64,000 bases of DNA. It comes from Octopus vulgaris. Its lineage: Eukaryota. The stretch covers positions 203,732,001 through 203,796,000 of the forward strand of contig OX597815.1 of assembly GCA_951406725.2 (NCBI GenBank), in the 5' to 3' direction. The notes beneath the pieces were generated by a model. That model had not been told where the DNA came from, searched no databases, and saw only the letters and a list, made by a program, of their open reading frames with translations. Below, in pieces: positions 1-13,624 of this stretch (position 1 is the first letter of the stretch; each line of letters opens with the position of its first letter). The translations under genes and the position numbers were made by a program.

Positions 1-55
1 ACATGGATAGGATAGATATCGTATATGAGTGTAAGCTTTTATACATACATACATA

Positions 56-404
56 ACACTGCTTAAATACCAATCTTGAGAAATCGGGCTTCTCAAAACC
101 AGAAACGAGAAAGCTGATTCGAAGACTACAGATCCAATCCATCACTGGAACCGTAAAAATCTTTAAAACTTTCCAGAAGTTTATCATTTAAAAATATATG
201 AGAATGTCTAGGTCTGCAACTAGCAATATATGCATGAGAATACATACATAAAGCAAAACACAAATCTATACATATAAATACATATATACAAACAAAAATA
301 CTCTGTTGTTAATGTTGAAATTCCAATGAAGGAACCTTAGATCTACGTTAGAAACTAGTTCTTTCTCTATTGGCAAGAAATCTTGAAATGAAATTGAGCA
401 ATGA
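56..404 (+). mobile_element. R4/Dong-like non-LTR retrotransposon, 5'-truncated 3' end (CATA-associated group)
   Basis: Reads HCLNTNLEKSGFSKPETRKLIRRLQIQSITGTVKIFKTFQKFII* (stop 189-191), then a 3' UTR. Near-identical to the minus-strand copy at 19125-19660. (CATA)n on both sides. Confidence 0.75.
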
Positions 405-467
405 CATACATACATATATACATGCATACATACATACATACGTACATACATACATACATACATACAC

Positions 468-498
<31 letters not shown>

Positions 499-575
499 TT
501 CGTACACACACACACATATATATATATATGCGCGCTCGAGTGTGTGTGTGTGTGTGCGCGCGTGCGTATGTGTTG
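405..575. repeat. Compound microsatellite (CATA)n/(CAGA)n/(CA)n/(TA)n/(TG)n
   Basis: Direct inspection. Confidence 0.95.
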
Positions 576-1557
576 CGTGATTGTTACATCGAAGTCTCGC
601 GTATTGCATTGATTGGTGAATTAATCTAGATAAACTGTGAATTCTCTGTCGCAATTTTTGACGCAATAAAGGTTAAGGGTCTACCTGTTATATGTAATCA
701 CTCCACTAAAAGTGTCTGTCGCTTTTAATCTTAATTACCCAAGCGCACGTACACGTGCACACACTTATATAGTCGTTACAGGTTATGTATGTCTAAGAAT
801 ATCTCATAATCACAGATTTAAGATGTCGAAATGTTAAATCAGAACTTTTATTAAATGCTGACACTTTGACAATTACCTACTGCAACACAGTGAGATCATG
901 CCAACATGCCTGAATACTTAGCTTTTGTTTTACTAGGAGGAAGTAGACAATCTCTGTCTTTCCCTATTCAGTTTTAATGCACCTCTTGAAATTTTTGATC
1001 TCGCCATTTTTATAACAATAAATTTTTCAACGTTTTCAAATATGTATACTCCCATGCGCTGTGATTCATCAAAAATGTTCACACACTCACCATTTCTCTC
1101 TTTCTCTCTCCGGCCTTAACTAACTATAGCCACTGCTGACCTAAATTTAAGCAATATACTCGTTAGCTTACCGTACTCGATTCCGTATCGTATTTTTTCC
1201 TTTTTCTTCTTACCACATTTCCCTTATTTCCAAATAGCCAGATTTTTTAAATATATTTCTACAGGCCTTACGACCCAGTAAGTTCGACTGAAGGCTTTCT
1301 TTAATGTTTATTACTTATATATTATTCATATACATTTCATATATATACCACTTGCTGTAGGGAGGTTGTTCTTCCTTCTCAGTCAACAGATCAGTGCTTT
1401 GCCTGTGGCTAAGAATTGTTTTGACTCTTACTTCTAACAATGCTGGTGCTGATCTGCACCCTTAGTCACTTTATTGAAGATTGTACTTGTGCATTTTGAT
1501 TTTAAAATTGCGAATAGTCACCTTAATAATTTGTGTGTGTGTAAGAGTGTATATATA

Positions 1558-1728
1558 GGCGCAGGAGTGGCTGTGTGGTAAGTAGCTTGTTTACCAACCA
1601 CATGGTTCCGGGTTCAGTCCCACTGCGTGCCACCTTGGGCAAGTGTCTTCTACTATAGCCTCGGGCCGACCAAAGCCTTGTGAGTGGATTTGGTAGACGG
1701 AAACTGAATGAAGCCCGTCGTATATATG

Positions 1729-1761
<33 letters not shown>

Positions 1762-1983
1762 TTGTGTGTCTGTGTTTGAGTGTCTGTGTTTGTACCCCTA
1801 GCATTGCTTGACAACCGATGCTGGTGTGTTTATGTCCCCGTTACTTAGCGGTTCGGCAAAAGAGACCGATAGAATACTAGGCTTACAAAAGAATAAGTCC
1901 CGGGGTCGAGTTGCTCGATTAAAGGCGGTGCTCCAGCATGGCCGCAGTCAAATGACTGAAACAAGTAAAAAAGTAAAAGAGAG
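1558..1983 (+). mobile_element. tRNA-derived SINE, family A (CORE-like segment, internal TA/TG microsatellite)
   Basis: Head ggcgcaggagtggctgtgtggtaag...gggttcagtccc (A/B-box-like), then ccttgggcaagtgtctt; tail gactgaaacaagtaaaaga. Near-identical copies at 25124, 41144 and 52381. Confidence 0.9.
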
Positions 1984-4287
1984 TATAGCTTTTAAATATA
2001 TATGTCTCACGGACTCAAGTCAATATTAGTTGTGTGGTATAGAATGTAAATATCTGCTGCACCTAACCCGGAACTTGGCTTTAGATTTCCCTTTTTACTA
2101 TGTCACCAATGATATCTTGGAAGGAAATTAATATAGTTACAATAAATTTCTTACTCTTTCAGAAATTGCCCACGGATAACGTCGAGAAATCAAACCTAAC
2201 TTCATTACGAAGCAGTAGTTGAGCTCATCTAAGTCTATCAGCAAATACAATCGTATGCAGAGTTATCGCCTTTATTATTTAAACTAACTTTGTATTCTAT
2301 GTCAATCAAATATTAGAGGATTTGACAATCAAAAACTCGATTGTCCCTCTTAATGAACCAAAGTTTCTTTTAAATGAAACACTATTCTAATCGGCCCAGC
2401 GATAACTTTCTTCCGCCATTAAAATAATAATTTTGCTGTTGATTTGCGTTTATTTACTTTAAGAATAAACTCAATACTACAATTTCCATTTCTTGTGTCT
2501 GACGGATAAACCAATGATGTTCACTTATGTTTCTGCATTTGGTCATGTAAATGAGATTTTCTTTTGTAACTGAAGTGTGTCTCGGTGTGCCATGTTAAAT
2601 ATAATTTCCAGAACAGCTTCAATGAAATAAAGGTCAACACCAAATTTTTTTTAAATCAGAAGATTCAAGATTATACAAACTAGAACCATTATAAATTCAG
2701 ATGCTAACGGAGATGATATCATTAAAAGAAATTCGATCAAAGCAAAGCGATAAATGGGTTGAGTATGAAAATAAAATAGTAGAAAATTTATAAGAGCTAA
2801 GTGACCGTCAGGTGGAGTGCAATAATACGAAAATGACTTGGCAGGAGGACAGTTGAAAACAAACATGAAATTTATAATAGAAGTTTGTTCTGCTTTCAAG
2901 TGTCATGCTCGGTCATTTTTGTATTTTATCAAATTATCGTTATAATGTCGTTATCCCACTTAGGTCGTGCCAGTCAAGTACAAAACTCTTTAAAATTAAA
3001 TACACACCCACCTCCATAACTTGTATGACGGGCAGATGTCATTCTTTATTTAAAGTAATGGCAACTAGCTCACCCATTTTTTTCCTCTCATATCTCCGCT
3101 ACTGAGCGTATTCTAAATTTACCTCATAGTTCGTTTATGATTATCACACCTCCAATACTTTTTCCTTAGATGATGATGCTGGCCAGTGATATATTATTAA
3201 TTTTATGCTGTCGTATCAGAATTATTTTCCAGTACTTTAGTTCGCATTGTAGATTTTAAAGTCCAGCATGAGGATACAGGTACCTGAAGTTAATGTCCGT
3301 ACACATATGAACGTAATAAAACGCTGCATATCAATCGTATGTATGGATACAATAATTGCATACAGTAGCACATACATTCATAGGAAAAATATAGAGTATA
3401 TTCACAAGCATTGTCTAAGGAATTAATCCAGAGGAAGACAGCCAGTTTGAAACAAAATTATTCCCATTGTGAGTACCAGCTTTGCAGAAGTAAAGTTATA
3501 TAACTCTGAATCAAACATTTGTAGTCACTTTTCTAGTTGTATATGATCCTTTCTCCTAGCAGGTGAGTGTGCAAGTAGGGTTTGAGATACTGCATACAGT
3601 TTCTAAGTAATCTTTGACGCGGTAATTTGACATACGCCCTACAAGGGAAGTCTACTATCCACGAATGGTTTTTGTGGAAGGCTTCTTGTCTCATTAACAC
3701 TTGCATGGGTAGACACATTTACCATTGAAAAAGCATTTACACAATGGCTTGGAAATCTATCTGTAAAAAGATATCACAATGCGGTTCAATGATTGTCTGT
3801 GTTTGTGAACGTGTTGTACTACTATCAAATCTTCCTAGAAGTTTATGTTAGAGAGAGAGGGGGAGTGAGGATGAGAAGAGAGAGAGGGACTGAGAGGGAA
3901 GAGAGAGACTAATTCCACAACTTGGACTTGCTTTAGTTATAAGACGATACGTTTTGCAAATAAATAGTTTAAAATTATCTTGGGACAATCCATGATCGTG
4001 GTTTCACTTCTTGTGTGTTGCTATGTATATTAAATCTGGATAATTTGTCAGGGAGAGCAATATATATCTAACATATAATAACATGCAATGTGACTTGTCG
4101 GTCACGCTGGGGAAAGAAGAATAAAACAAGAAACGGAGTGGGAGTGAATGATAGCCAGAGACATTAAAGCAGGCAAAAAAGTATTGAAAGGTTTTGTTGC
4201 TCTGAAGATGTCAGCTGTTTAATCAAAATAAACCTGAAAATTTTGATCGTAAATTGTATTTCGCTTCTCAATCTCACACACACAAAA

Positions 4288-4339
<52 letters not shown>

Positions 4340-4350
<11 letters not shown>

Positions 4351-5133
4351 TCGTGTGTCTGTGTGTTTAACTTCCCGGCACATCTCCTCCTAGCCAACAA
4401 ATCGTAGAACCACCAAATATGGGTCACTTAAAGTTTAGGCGAATGAAAATTGAACTGCGCTATTTCTGTTTCGAAATTCATCTCGCAAGTGCAACAATCG
4501 ATAATGTACTTGTTTAGGTCTTATCCCATGCATTGAATATCTTTACTCAGCTGTTTGATGTGAACTGAGTTCACCACGCGTGCAAGCATGCGTAAATTGC
4601 ATGAAAAATAAAAAAATCAAGATATAAAAACGAATCACCCTAAACATTGTAGAAATTCGGCAAAGAAATGAACTTTTGGGATGTAGCCTGGAGGGTTTTT
4701 TCGTATTAATCGTTTGAACTTTGTGAACACATACCAATTGTTTTCATAACATTTTTAACGCTTTGAATTAAATGTGACCATTTTGCGTCGAGTCTGCAGT
4801 TTGAATCAGTTTAACCAAATTTTAGCAGGCCGGACTTTTGATTATCACGATACATCGCCAGCGACTCCCTGAAACTCCCCCCTGAAATCCCCGTTGAGAA
4901 ATACTGATCTAAAAGAATAATTCAACAATGCAATTATTTGATCAACAAAAATTTATGAAACGCTTCTACGAACTTCCTATTGAGGAAATGGAACACATAA
5001 GCGCAAAAAGAGAGGGCATTAAATGCTTGATTTTAAAACCAAAATAATTGAATTTTCATTGAACTTCATCCAAGTTTAGCTTAATTCGTGCGTGCATAGA
5101 ACGCACGAGCGCACGAGCCGGCCAATACTGCTA

Positions 5134-5134
<1 letters not shown>
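4340..5134 (+). mobile_element. Probable non-autonomous Helitron
   Basis: 3' hairpin tcgtgcgt/acgcacga (5086-5108) then aatactgCTAG|T, like the Helitron ends at 40833, 56563 and 61485. 5' start tatataaaactcgtgtgtctgtgtg is tentative. Confidence 0.5.
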
Positions 5135-5224
<90 letters not shown>

Positions 5225-5234
5225 TCTATATATA

Positions 5235-5538
5235 TAATACAAAATGGGACAAGAACGCAAAACATCCGGACAACTAGATGATACAAAAAGGGACAACAAA
5301 ACATCCAGATAGACGATACAAAAAAACAAGGACGGGTCATTCGAAGCTTTCTCTCCTCAGTCAAGAACCGGATCATCCTCGCAATTTCGACTGATTAATC
5401 TTGAGATTGCTCCAATATGGCCAGCCCCAAGGAAAAACTAAGCTAAGAGCATTAGATTCCTTGGAAGAAAGCATCGAATGTATACGAAAACAAGGGTGGA
5501 AAAACAGAGACGATGTTACACCAATATAAATTCAAAAT
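5235..5538 (-). mobile_element. Unclassified repeat, possibly a Penelope-like terminal fragment
   Basis: GC-richer block between (TA)n and (CAA)n/(TAA)n. Minus-strand T-rich end runs into (TA)n like other PLE-type ends here. Single copy in window. Confidence 0.3.
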
Positions 5539-5649
<111 letters not shown>

Positions 5650-5937
5650 GGACATAACAACAGGTGTCTTTCGACTGGGGACGAATTGAATTCAGCTGGT
5701 GTGTGTGGAAATGAAGCCTTACGGCACAAACACAAAACTTCCACAAACACAGGGAAGAATATCGATGTGGCAGTGACCACAGTCAGACACAAAAAGAGGG
5801 CTGGCAATCAGGCCTATCGGTCACGTGAGAAGAGAAGAGAGAGAGAGAAAATAAAGAGGAGCAAAAGACATAAGGAAGGGGAAAAGAAGAGAGAGAGAGT
5901 TGTAGAAGCAGATGGACAGAAGAATTAAGGAGGGGGC

Positions 5938-6032
5938 TTATATGTACTCTCACACATAGGCATATATATTTATGAAAAAATAACATTTTACTAATCATAA
6001 ATATATATGCCTATGTGCGAGAGTACATATAA
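5938..6032. repeat. Long inverted repeat (38-bp arms, 19-nt loop)
   Basis: ttatatgtactctcacacataggcatatatatttatga pairs with tcataaatatatatgcctatgtgcgagagtacatataa with one mismatch. Confidence 0.9.
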
Positions 6033-6173
6033 AGGTATGTAGACAAAACTCCTATTTCGTTATGCCGGATACCGTCTAGTGATACTGACTAGTGAATCAG
6101 TTTTTCGGGGTCGCATCATGGTTTGTGGAAACGCACATAGCGATATCTTAAATATGTATAAATTCCATCCTAG

Positions 6174-6227
<54 letters not shown>

Positions 6228-6230
<3 letters not shown>

Positions 6231-6431
6231 CGCGTGTGTACCGTTGGCGATTTTTTTACCTCTGTCTTCCCTTCTCTGGATCTTCCTTCTGGATCCCTTC
6301 TCCTATGTTTCCGACGAAGAGCTCCGCTCGAAACGTTAAACCCCCTTCTTCCCTTCTTTCCTGAGCGTCCAATAATACTATATTTGTTCCACGTCCTCAC
6401 GTTGTTGTGTTTTCTTGTTTGGATTAACTTC
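6228..6431 (+). mobile_element. Penelope-like terminal repeat, family P1, embedded in (TA)n
   Basis: Close homolog at 59702-59908. Contains a hammerhead-like motif. (TA)n on both flanks. Confidence 0.65.
6307..6341 (+). ncRNA. Minimal type I hammerhead-ribozyme-like motif (variant core)
   Basis: GTTT CCGACGA A GAGC tcc GCTC GAA ACGT T AAAC: stem I GTTT/AAAC, stem II GAGC/GCTC, palindromic ACGT. Confidence 0.5.
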
Positions 6432-6496
<65 letters not shown>

Positions 6497-6501
6497 TACA
6501 C

Positions 6502-6564
<63 letters not shown>

Positions 6565-6597
6565 AGAGACAGACAGAGATGTCGATGTATATACGTG

Positions 6598-6900
6598 TTC
6601 TTTTACTTGTTTCAGTCATTTGACTGCGGCCTTGCTGGAGCACCGCCTTTAGTCGAGCAAATCAATCCCGGGACTTATTCTTTGTAAGCCTAGTACTTAG
6701 TGTATTGGTTTCTTTTGCCGAACCACTAAGTTACAGGGACATAAACCCACCAGCATTTGTTGTCAAGCGATGTTGTGGGGACAAACACACAGATAAAAAC
6801 ATATACACACTCATATATATATATATATATACGGCGGATTTTTTCAGTTTCCCTCTACCAAATCTACTCACAAGGCTTTGGTCGGCTCTAGGCTATAGTA
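6598..6900 (-). mobile_element. SINE family A, head missing
   Basis: Reverse complement of the 1558-1983 body and tail; abuts the CR1-like fragment. Confidence 0.85.
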
Positions 6901-7590
6901 GTTAATTTCGTAATGTAGGCTCATCTGGAATCCTTGATAGCAGGCGATCCAGTTTTATTTTAAAGACACCTACATCTAGACCATGCATGTCACCAAGACA
7001 TTTGGAAGGATATTGAAGAGCTGTGGGCCCATGAAACGCAAGCAGTTGCAGTATCTGGTCCTGTAATTTGATGGCAATGCTGGGATCTTTGACACTCGCA
7101 GTAGTGCCCCATTCTGCTGTTTGTGTAACTTTCAATGCCAAAGTTTAGAGCAACGCCTTCCAGGATTTTCCAGATGTATATCACTGCATATCTTTCCAGC
7201 TTTCGTTCTAAGGAGGAGAGTTTTAATTTTTTTTGCCTTCCGTAGTATCTGATATGTTGCATTGAGACGACTCGCTTTGTGTAGCTTCGAGTTCCTTCGT
7301 AAATTTCATACTGTGTGGTGATCATAGTTGGGAGCAGTAGTCCAAGCGGCTGAGGATGTATAGCTTCCAAAGAACCATCATAGTTTCCCTTCTCTCGTTT
7401 TGAAAGTCTGGAGGATCCATTCAGACAGCTGTCTGCCTTTTTATTACCAAATTGGTAATCATTGCTCATGTCAATGCCCAGGTCACGCACTAATTTTGAT
7501 TCGGGGATTGAACTTCCTCTCGGGCTAGTGAATCCTGTCTGCATGTCGTTCAGCTTTGTGCGTTGGTAGTGCAGGGCTTGGAATTTTCCA
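6901..7590 (-). mobile_element. CR1-like LINE ORF2 C-terminal fragment (frameshifted)
   Basis: VRDLGIDMSND; LKLSSLERKLERYAVIYIWKILEG; FKIKLDRLLSRIPDEP. Similar to 51652-52165. Confidence 0.8.
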
Positions 7591-7604
7591 ACATTAAACT
7601 GAAT

Positions 7605-7723
7605 ACTTGTATGTATGTGTATATGTATTTATATATGTCTATATGTATATATATGTACACGTACACATATATATATATATATGTATCTGTATATATATAT
7701 GCATATATACATATATATACATA

Positions 7724-7780
<57 letters not shown>

Positions 7781-7915
7781 GCACATATACACATACATAT
7801 ATACATACATATATACATGTATATATATATGTATATATATATATATATATACATATATACACAAACACGCATATTTATATATGTATGTACACACACACAC
7901 ATATACTCACACATA
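7605..7915. repeat. Degenerate (TA)n/(TATG)n/(CATA)n array
   Basis: Direct inspection. Confidence 0.9.
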
Positions 7916-7916
7916 C

Positions 7917-8080
7917 AGATATTTTCAGCCGAGATGGTACAACTATATTTGGTTCTTTAAGTGTTTCAAGTCTGTGTATGTACATATAATTACTAGATTA
8001 CTGACATTTATCAATGATTTCTCTGTATTGATGTGCCATTAATAAAACTGTCGGCATTTCTGACGACACAGGTATGCTAG
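7917..8080 (+). mobile_element. Old repeat ending in CTAG, probable second Helitron family
   Basis: Homologous to 34362-34540 (minus): gatattttca.ccgaga...tactagatt.ctga...ttgatgtgccatt...tgacgacac.ggtat.CTAG. Confidence 0.55.
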
Positions 8081-9683
8081 TATATATCGTAAATTCCGAA
8101 CTCTACATTGAGAAGTTTAGTGACACTGTCCACTTATTCAATGCCAATTATTATGAAAGATTTCGAAGAATAAATAAACAAGCAGAAAAAGCAATGGTTA
8201 GCGTATAACTGATGGAAAGTAAAGGACTTGGTTTAGCACGAGCAAACAGAAACGAGAACGCAAAAAATTAACAATTAGAATGCTACGGAGAAAATAGATA
8301 AAATAATGAAGTAGATAACAGTAGAGGATGAAGCAAAAAAAAAAAAAAAAAGAGTGTAAAGGAAACAACGCTGTGTTTTCGTAAAAAAAACCAGTTAAGC
8401 AGACTGAGAGAAAAAAAACCTTCTCAAATATAAAATCTATATAATGAAGAAATATATAAATGAAATAAGATAATGCAAAATTAGAAAGAAGCCCATTATT
8501 ATTCACTGAGAACAATAATGGATTTCTTCCTTTCTCATGACATATTTTAAATATCACTTCATATTTCGAAATAATTCAAAGATAAAAGAAATAAGAAAAT
8601 ATTTCTTTCTCTATAAACATGAAAATTTCATGGTTTTCATGATAGCCTTGACTAACAAGCTTCTAATATTAGTCGGTTAAATATTTCAAGTAACTTAATT
8701 GTTGGTAAGCAAATTTTGCACAGCTTTTATTTTTACTTAATGAAATTCTAAAAAGAATTTTAATTCGGATGTGTTTACACACACACACACACTCATGTAT
8801 ATGCTTGTATGTATATACGCACACACATGTAGGTATATATGTATACACGCATACATACACATGCTATTAGCGCAAATATCAACTCTTAATAGTCATATAT
8901 TTCCTTTATTGACATTAATATATATGTATATATATATATGTATGTATGTATATGTATATATAATATATACACTTAATGTCATTAAAGGAAAGAATTACAA
9001 CTGTTATAGAATGAAGGAAATATATTTAAGAATATATAAATAAATGTTAATGAGCAAGAAATAGCATTCTATACACCTAATTTGCGTATAGCTAGGTCAT
9101 AAATGCTTAAGTAGAAAAATAATGTAAAGAGAAAGATTAGTGATAAAGACGAAAGCATTTAAGGACTAGCAAGGAATGCTTAGCAAAGGATGAGTATCTG
9201 AGTCAGCTGTTCTTTTAGAATTTTCAAAATGATATTAATAACTGACCTAGCTTTTAATAAGTAATGAAATAAGAATAAATTTGTGAAGCCTCTTAAATTT
9301 TGATTTCCATAAGAATGTCATTTCACATCATAACGAAGTAATGTGCATGTTGTAGCTTTACTAATTAGAAGTAGCTCTATCGTGGTTAGTGGAAGTTAAT
9401 TAATGAATGTATAACATGTAAGTGATAGAAATTTTCTATGCCATGGACAAAAATACATTCGTCAAGTTAAAATGTTGAAATGTCATGTAAAATAAGATAG
9501 TCGAATGTGACTTTCTAATTTATTTTTCTTTTGTAGCACCTGCTCACAATATCGGAAACTTCTTAGGCATTTCAGAAGCAACGAGAAGCTATATGAATGC
9601 AATAATATTTCATAAAAAAACTGTGTTTCTATCTATATAGGAAATAAATATCTCATATTTTAATGGACTATCCACATATCTAG

Positions 9684-9873
9684 TACCGGTATTTCAAAGG
9701 GCCGGCCTTGTCACTCTCTGTGTCACGCTGAATATCCCCGAGAACTACGTTAAGGGTACACGTGTCTGTGGAGTGCTCAGCCACTTATACGTTAATTTCA
9801 CGAGCAGGCTGTTCCGTTGATTCGGATCAACCGGAACCCACGTCGTCGTAACCGACGGAGTGCTTCCATCCAG
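9684..9873 (+). mobile_element. 5'-truncated SINE family C with 14-bp TSD
   Basis: Matches the 3' half of 43424-43807. TSD atccacatatctag at 9670-9683 and 9874-9887. Confidence 0.9.
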
Positions 9874-10271
9874 ATCCACATATCTAGCATTGTGCCTCCA
9901 TGAGACGGAGGGAGCTTTACGTAATCAGTTAACACTTCAGAAATAGTAAGCAAATCTCTATCAAACTGCACGCTTCCAAATCTGAAACTGAAGGTTATAT
10001 CGGAGATAATTCGTAATGCTCTTGAGAAGGTCGAGGTGACTAAGGCTGCCAAGCGTTTTGATCATAATTCTGCTAACTAATTAGCTAAATATTAATAAGA
10101 ACATGTGTGTGTATATGTGTGAGAGAGAGAGAGAGAGAGCGGAGAGAGGGAGAAAGTAAGCGAGATCGTACACACACATACACACACACATATGTTCTCA
10201 CAGCAACCATAATCTACAGTGACATCTACTCGCGGTTAGGGCGAAAGACCACCTATTAAGTGTTATGTGCT

Positions 10272-10487
10272 CGGTCGCACTAGCAGAATCATTAGCACAC
10301 CGGGAAAAATGTTTAACAGCATTTTTTCAGTCTGTACATTCTGAGGTCAAATGCTGACGAGGTCGACTCTACCTTTCATACTTTCGGGGTCTATAAAATA
10401 AGTCTCGGTTTTGTACTGGGGTCGATGTAAATGACTTACCCGCTACCCTGAAATTGCTTGCCTTGTACCAAAATTTGTAACCATTAT
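10272..10487 (+). mobile_element. tRNA-derived SINE family B (diverged)
   Basis: gcagaatcattagcac...gaggtcgact..ctttcat..tttcggggtc.ataaaataag...ctggggtcgatgtaa; many copies in window. Confidence 0.8.
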
Positions 10488-11040
10488 TGAGCCACTATTG
10501 CAGGAATTAGAGACAATGAACGGCATCCCGTGAGAAATGGGATGTGGGAGATCAAGGTTGACATATGCTGACGATGTCATCGTCATAGTGTCGAACACTA
10601 GGTCTCGCGAGGTGACTGGTGCCGCTCTAAGGGGTCACGTTTCGATAACTGAAGCAAAGATCAACCACAAACAGTAAGTGAGCCTGCAGCTCGCACCTAG
10701 AGTGGCAAGTCTAATAGCGTCGCCGCGGGACACAAACAGACGGACTGGTGAAATTGGTCGGTGTCTGAGTTGGTCCAGACGTCAAAGTGAAGAAGAACGG
10801 GAACAAGGTAATGGGTAAAGTGGCTTATCTCACTTAGAAATGGACCAAGAGAAAGTTATCTCTAAAAGAACGAGCGCAGGTGGTGAGCATTTACATCACC
10901 GCCGTCATATATTTTCATCTGATCATCGTGCCTTGCCCTGGTTCACATCTCACCGACCTGGAGCGAATGCCGTTCCGCTTTTTGTCGAAGGTACACGTTC
11001 GATGGTCATTCACTCCATTTGGTATCAATAACCCCTTGAA
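10488..11040 (+). mobile_element. L1/Tx1-clade reverse transcriptase fragment
   Basis: EPLLQELETMNGIP*EMGCGRSRLTYADDVIVIVS...EAKINHKQ, containing the YADD motif; has stops. Confidence 0.65.
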
Positions 11041-11119
11041 TGTGGTTGCTGTTTGACAGTAGCTAGTCCCTTTAACTGAGCTGCGGTCGTGGATGAAGCA
11101 CAGAGCGCGGCTGGGTGAC

Positions 11120-11295
11120 TGGCATTTAGAGTGCTTTGAGGCATTTCGTCCATCTTTATCTGCTGAGGTCAAATTCCGCCAAGGTCGACTTTGCCTTACA
11201 GCCTTTCAGGGTCGATAAAATAAGAAGCAGTCTATGTAATCGACTTACCCCCACCCTCAAAAACTGCTGGCCTTTTGCCAATATTTGAAATCATC
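11120..11295 (+). mobile_element. SINE family B fragment
   Basis: gaggtcaaattccgccaaggtcgactttgcc...gtcgataaaataag. Confidence 0.75.
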
Positions 11296-11439
11296 ATCAT
11301 CCTCGTCGTCGTCATCGTCGTGGTCAACATCCTCATCATTTTATTGCTTCCATCTATCGTTGGATTTTTGCAACGTTTTGAAGTTGATTGTACTTAGATT
11401 GGTGGCCATAATGATACAAATTCTATAGCATAATGCACA

Positions 11440-12661
11440 GATGTGCTGGATGACAGAGAGGACAGGTGCTACAGTATGAAGTCTTTTTACATGCCTTTTC
11501 AATCCTCCAACTAAAAAGCACACCTTTCCACAGGTTGCACATGTTCTGTTGTGAACAATAGCCGTATCACAATTTACTTGTGGTTGATTCGTTGGACTTC
11601 CCTGATAGCTGACCAGGCCTGCATGACTTAAACATTTCCTCCCACAAAACACATACATTAAAAGCAATTTTTCCTCATTTTCCACATGTTCATTCTTTTT
11701 AAGCCTTCTCTTGTTCTCGTCCTTCATTCTCTTTCTTTCAAACTTCGAACGACCACTTTGTACTCTTTTGCTCCATCCATTTCGTTCTCTCCCAATAAAC
11801 AACTGAAACTCCTGTCTGTATCAGAGCAATTCTAAAGCAGACCTTCAGCCTCATTTTGGGATTCTGTGCTGGTATCCTACCATCTTCCATCTCCTCATAC
11901 AAAAGTTGCTTAGAAAGTCTTTCATCATTCATTCTCACCAGATGTCCATCCCACCTCAAACGACAGTGTAAAATCATCAATTCTACACTCCTCTCAAGTG
12001 CCTTCACATCACTGCCATTTTCCAGTTTATCCCCGAAATTTTCCTAAGATAATTTTGATTATATCGTTCCAAATGCCTTAAATGCCTTCGATCAACAACC
12101 ATGTCTCATTTCTATAGAGCAACGATAGCAGAATACATGTGCTATAAACCCTAACTTTAATTTGGAAAGATATACTATGGTGTGACCAGAGACGTTCCAA
12201 GCCTACCAAAGGCACTACCAGCCTTTCTGATTCTATACGAAGTTTTGTCATCAAGACCTGTAGGTCTCAAAGTACTTCCTAAATAAATAAATTTAGTTAC
12301 AACTTCCAACCTTGCTCCATACAGTCATAGAAAATTCCATATCAAGTTTAGAAGGGGCAGGTTTGTAAATCAGAACAATTGTCTTCATGTTGACTGTAAG
12401 GCCCAATGCTGTATATGCTGCAGAAATCGCATTCATCATGTGTTGCATATCTTCCTGGGAATGTGCTAACAGGTCACAGTCATCTGCATACAAGAAATCA
12501 ATGATGTGAGAATGAAGAACTTTTGCTATCCTATATCTTATATAAACCATTTCAGCACAACCTTCGAAAGCTATTTGAAAGACTATTGTAAAATATAGAA
12601 CAAACAATGTAGGAGCAGGAATATCACCATTTTACACTATTTTCTATAGAAATTGGATCTG
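11440..12661 (-). mobile_element. RTE-clade LINE, 5'-truncated and decayed
   Basis: APTLFVLYF...DFLYADDCDLLAHSQEDMQ; LRWDGHLVRMNDERLSKQLLY; C-terminal CATCGKVC..GGLKRH zinc finger. Confidence 0.85.
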
Positions 12662-13624
12662 TCAGATCCAATTTCTGTAGAAAATGGTATAAAAAATAAA
12701 TACATGCATACGTACGCACATACACACACATACACATATACACGCTGAAGTTGTTTCTTCCCATATTAGTTCTGATCAAGTGGATCTACAATCAAAAAGT
12801 GTTCCTTCATATAGAGCATGTGAAACAATATTCCTCATTTACTGCTTTTCTTCATTTAGAACTCTTTTTAGCTGGTCACGTGACCATATATAGAATCTTT
12901 TCGTTGGTTACTCTAATGCATCTGAAATTTGCAAAGGGTTTGAGACTGTTTGGTGTTGGAGAACTTTCTGGTTCTAAGAAGGAAGCTTTGCCTTTCAGTA
13001 ACCATAATTATTCATGTTTGTTAAGTTTGTGAGTCATAATGTAATAATGTTGTTGTTTAGTCTCAGGGCCACCATTGATTAATCAGGTTAATGAACAAAT
13101 ACATTTGCTACATTTTTTAACATGTCCTTCTATTTTTAAGAAGATATTATGTGATTTTAGGGAGATTTACCTCTATTTCTAGTATGATGACTGACCATAT
13201 AAGGACTGCTTCTTTAGCTCGTGTGAAGTGTGTAGGTGTGTGATATTCATAAGTAAGGAATGTATGATACTGTACTCTCTTCCTTAACGCAATAATTGCA
13301 TTTTCGTTTTGTTCAAAGTTTAGTTTGCCCTGTCCTTATTCAAGGGTGTCCAAGATATTATAATAGTTGCTTAGGGTTAAAACGCTTTGACTCTGAGGTA
13401 CTTGCTGATGATATGGAAGCGTTTCCAATGTTAAGATGTCACTGATGTCACTAAGTAGCTGCTGTAGTATATGCCCCGGGCAAAGTATCTCTGTCATTTA
13501 TTTAACCTATCTTTACTGAGGGATATCCAGGTAGTTGTTATTTTTATAGTTATAACTCTAGATAACCTTGACCGAGGAGACTATGATCAAAGGCACTGCG
13601 ACTGTGACCATCCCATCTTACTTG

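Noticed and set aside
3533-3770. Cys-rich minus-strand peptide CKCFFNGKCVYPCKC after an acceptor-like ttttacag
   Set aside because: Flanked by in-frame stops; no recognisable domain or donor site.
5330-5432. Minus-strand CTGAGGA...CGAAT and CAGTC-GAAA hammerhead candidates
   Set aside because: Core elements are not in a workable order and stems I and III could not be formed.
9537-9615. LLRHFRSNEKLYECNN resembling a C2H2 zinc-finger linker
   Set aside because: Lacks the paired Cys/His spacing; single short match, likely chance.
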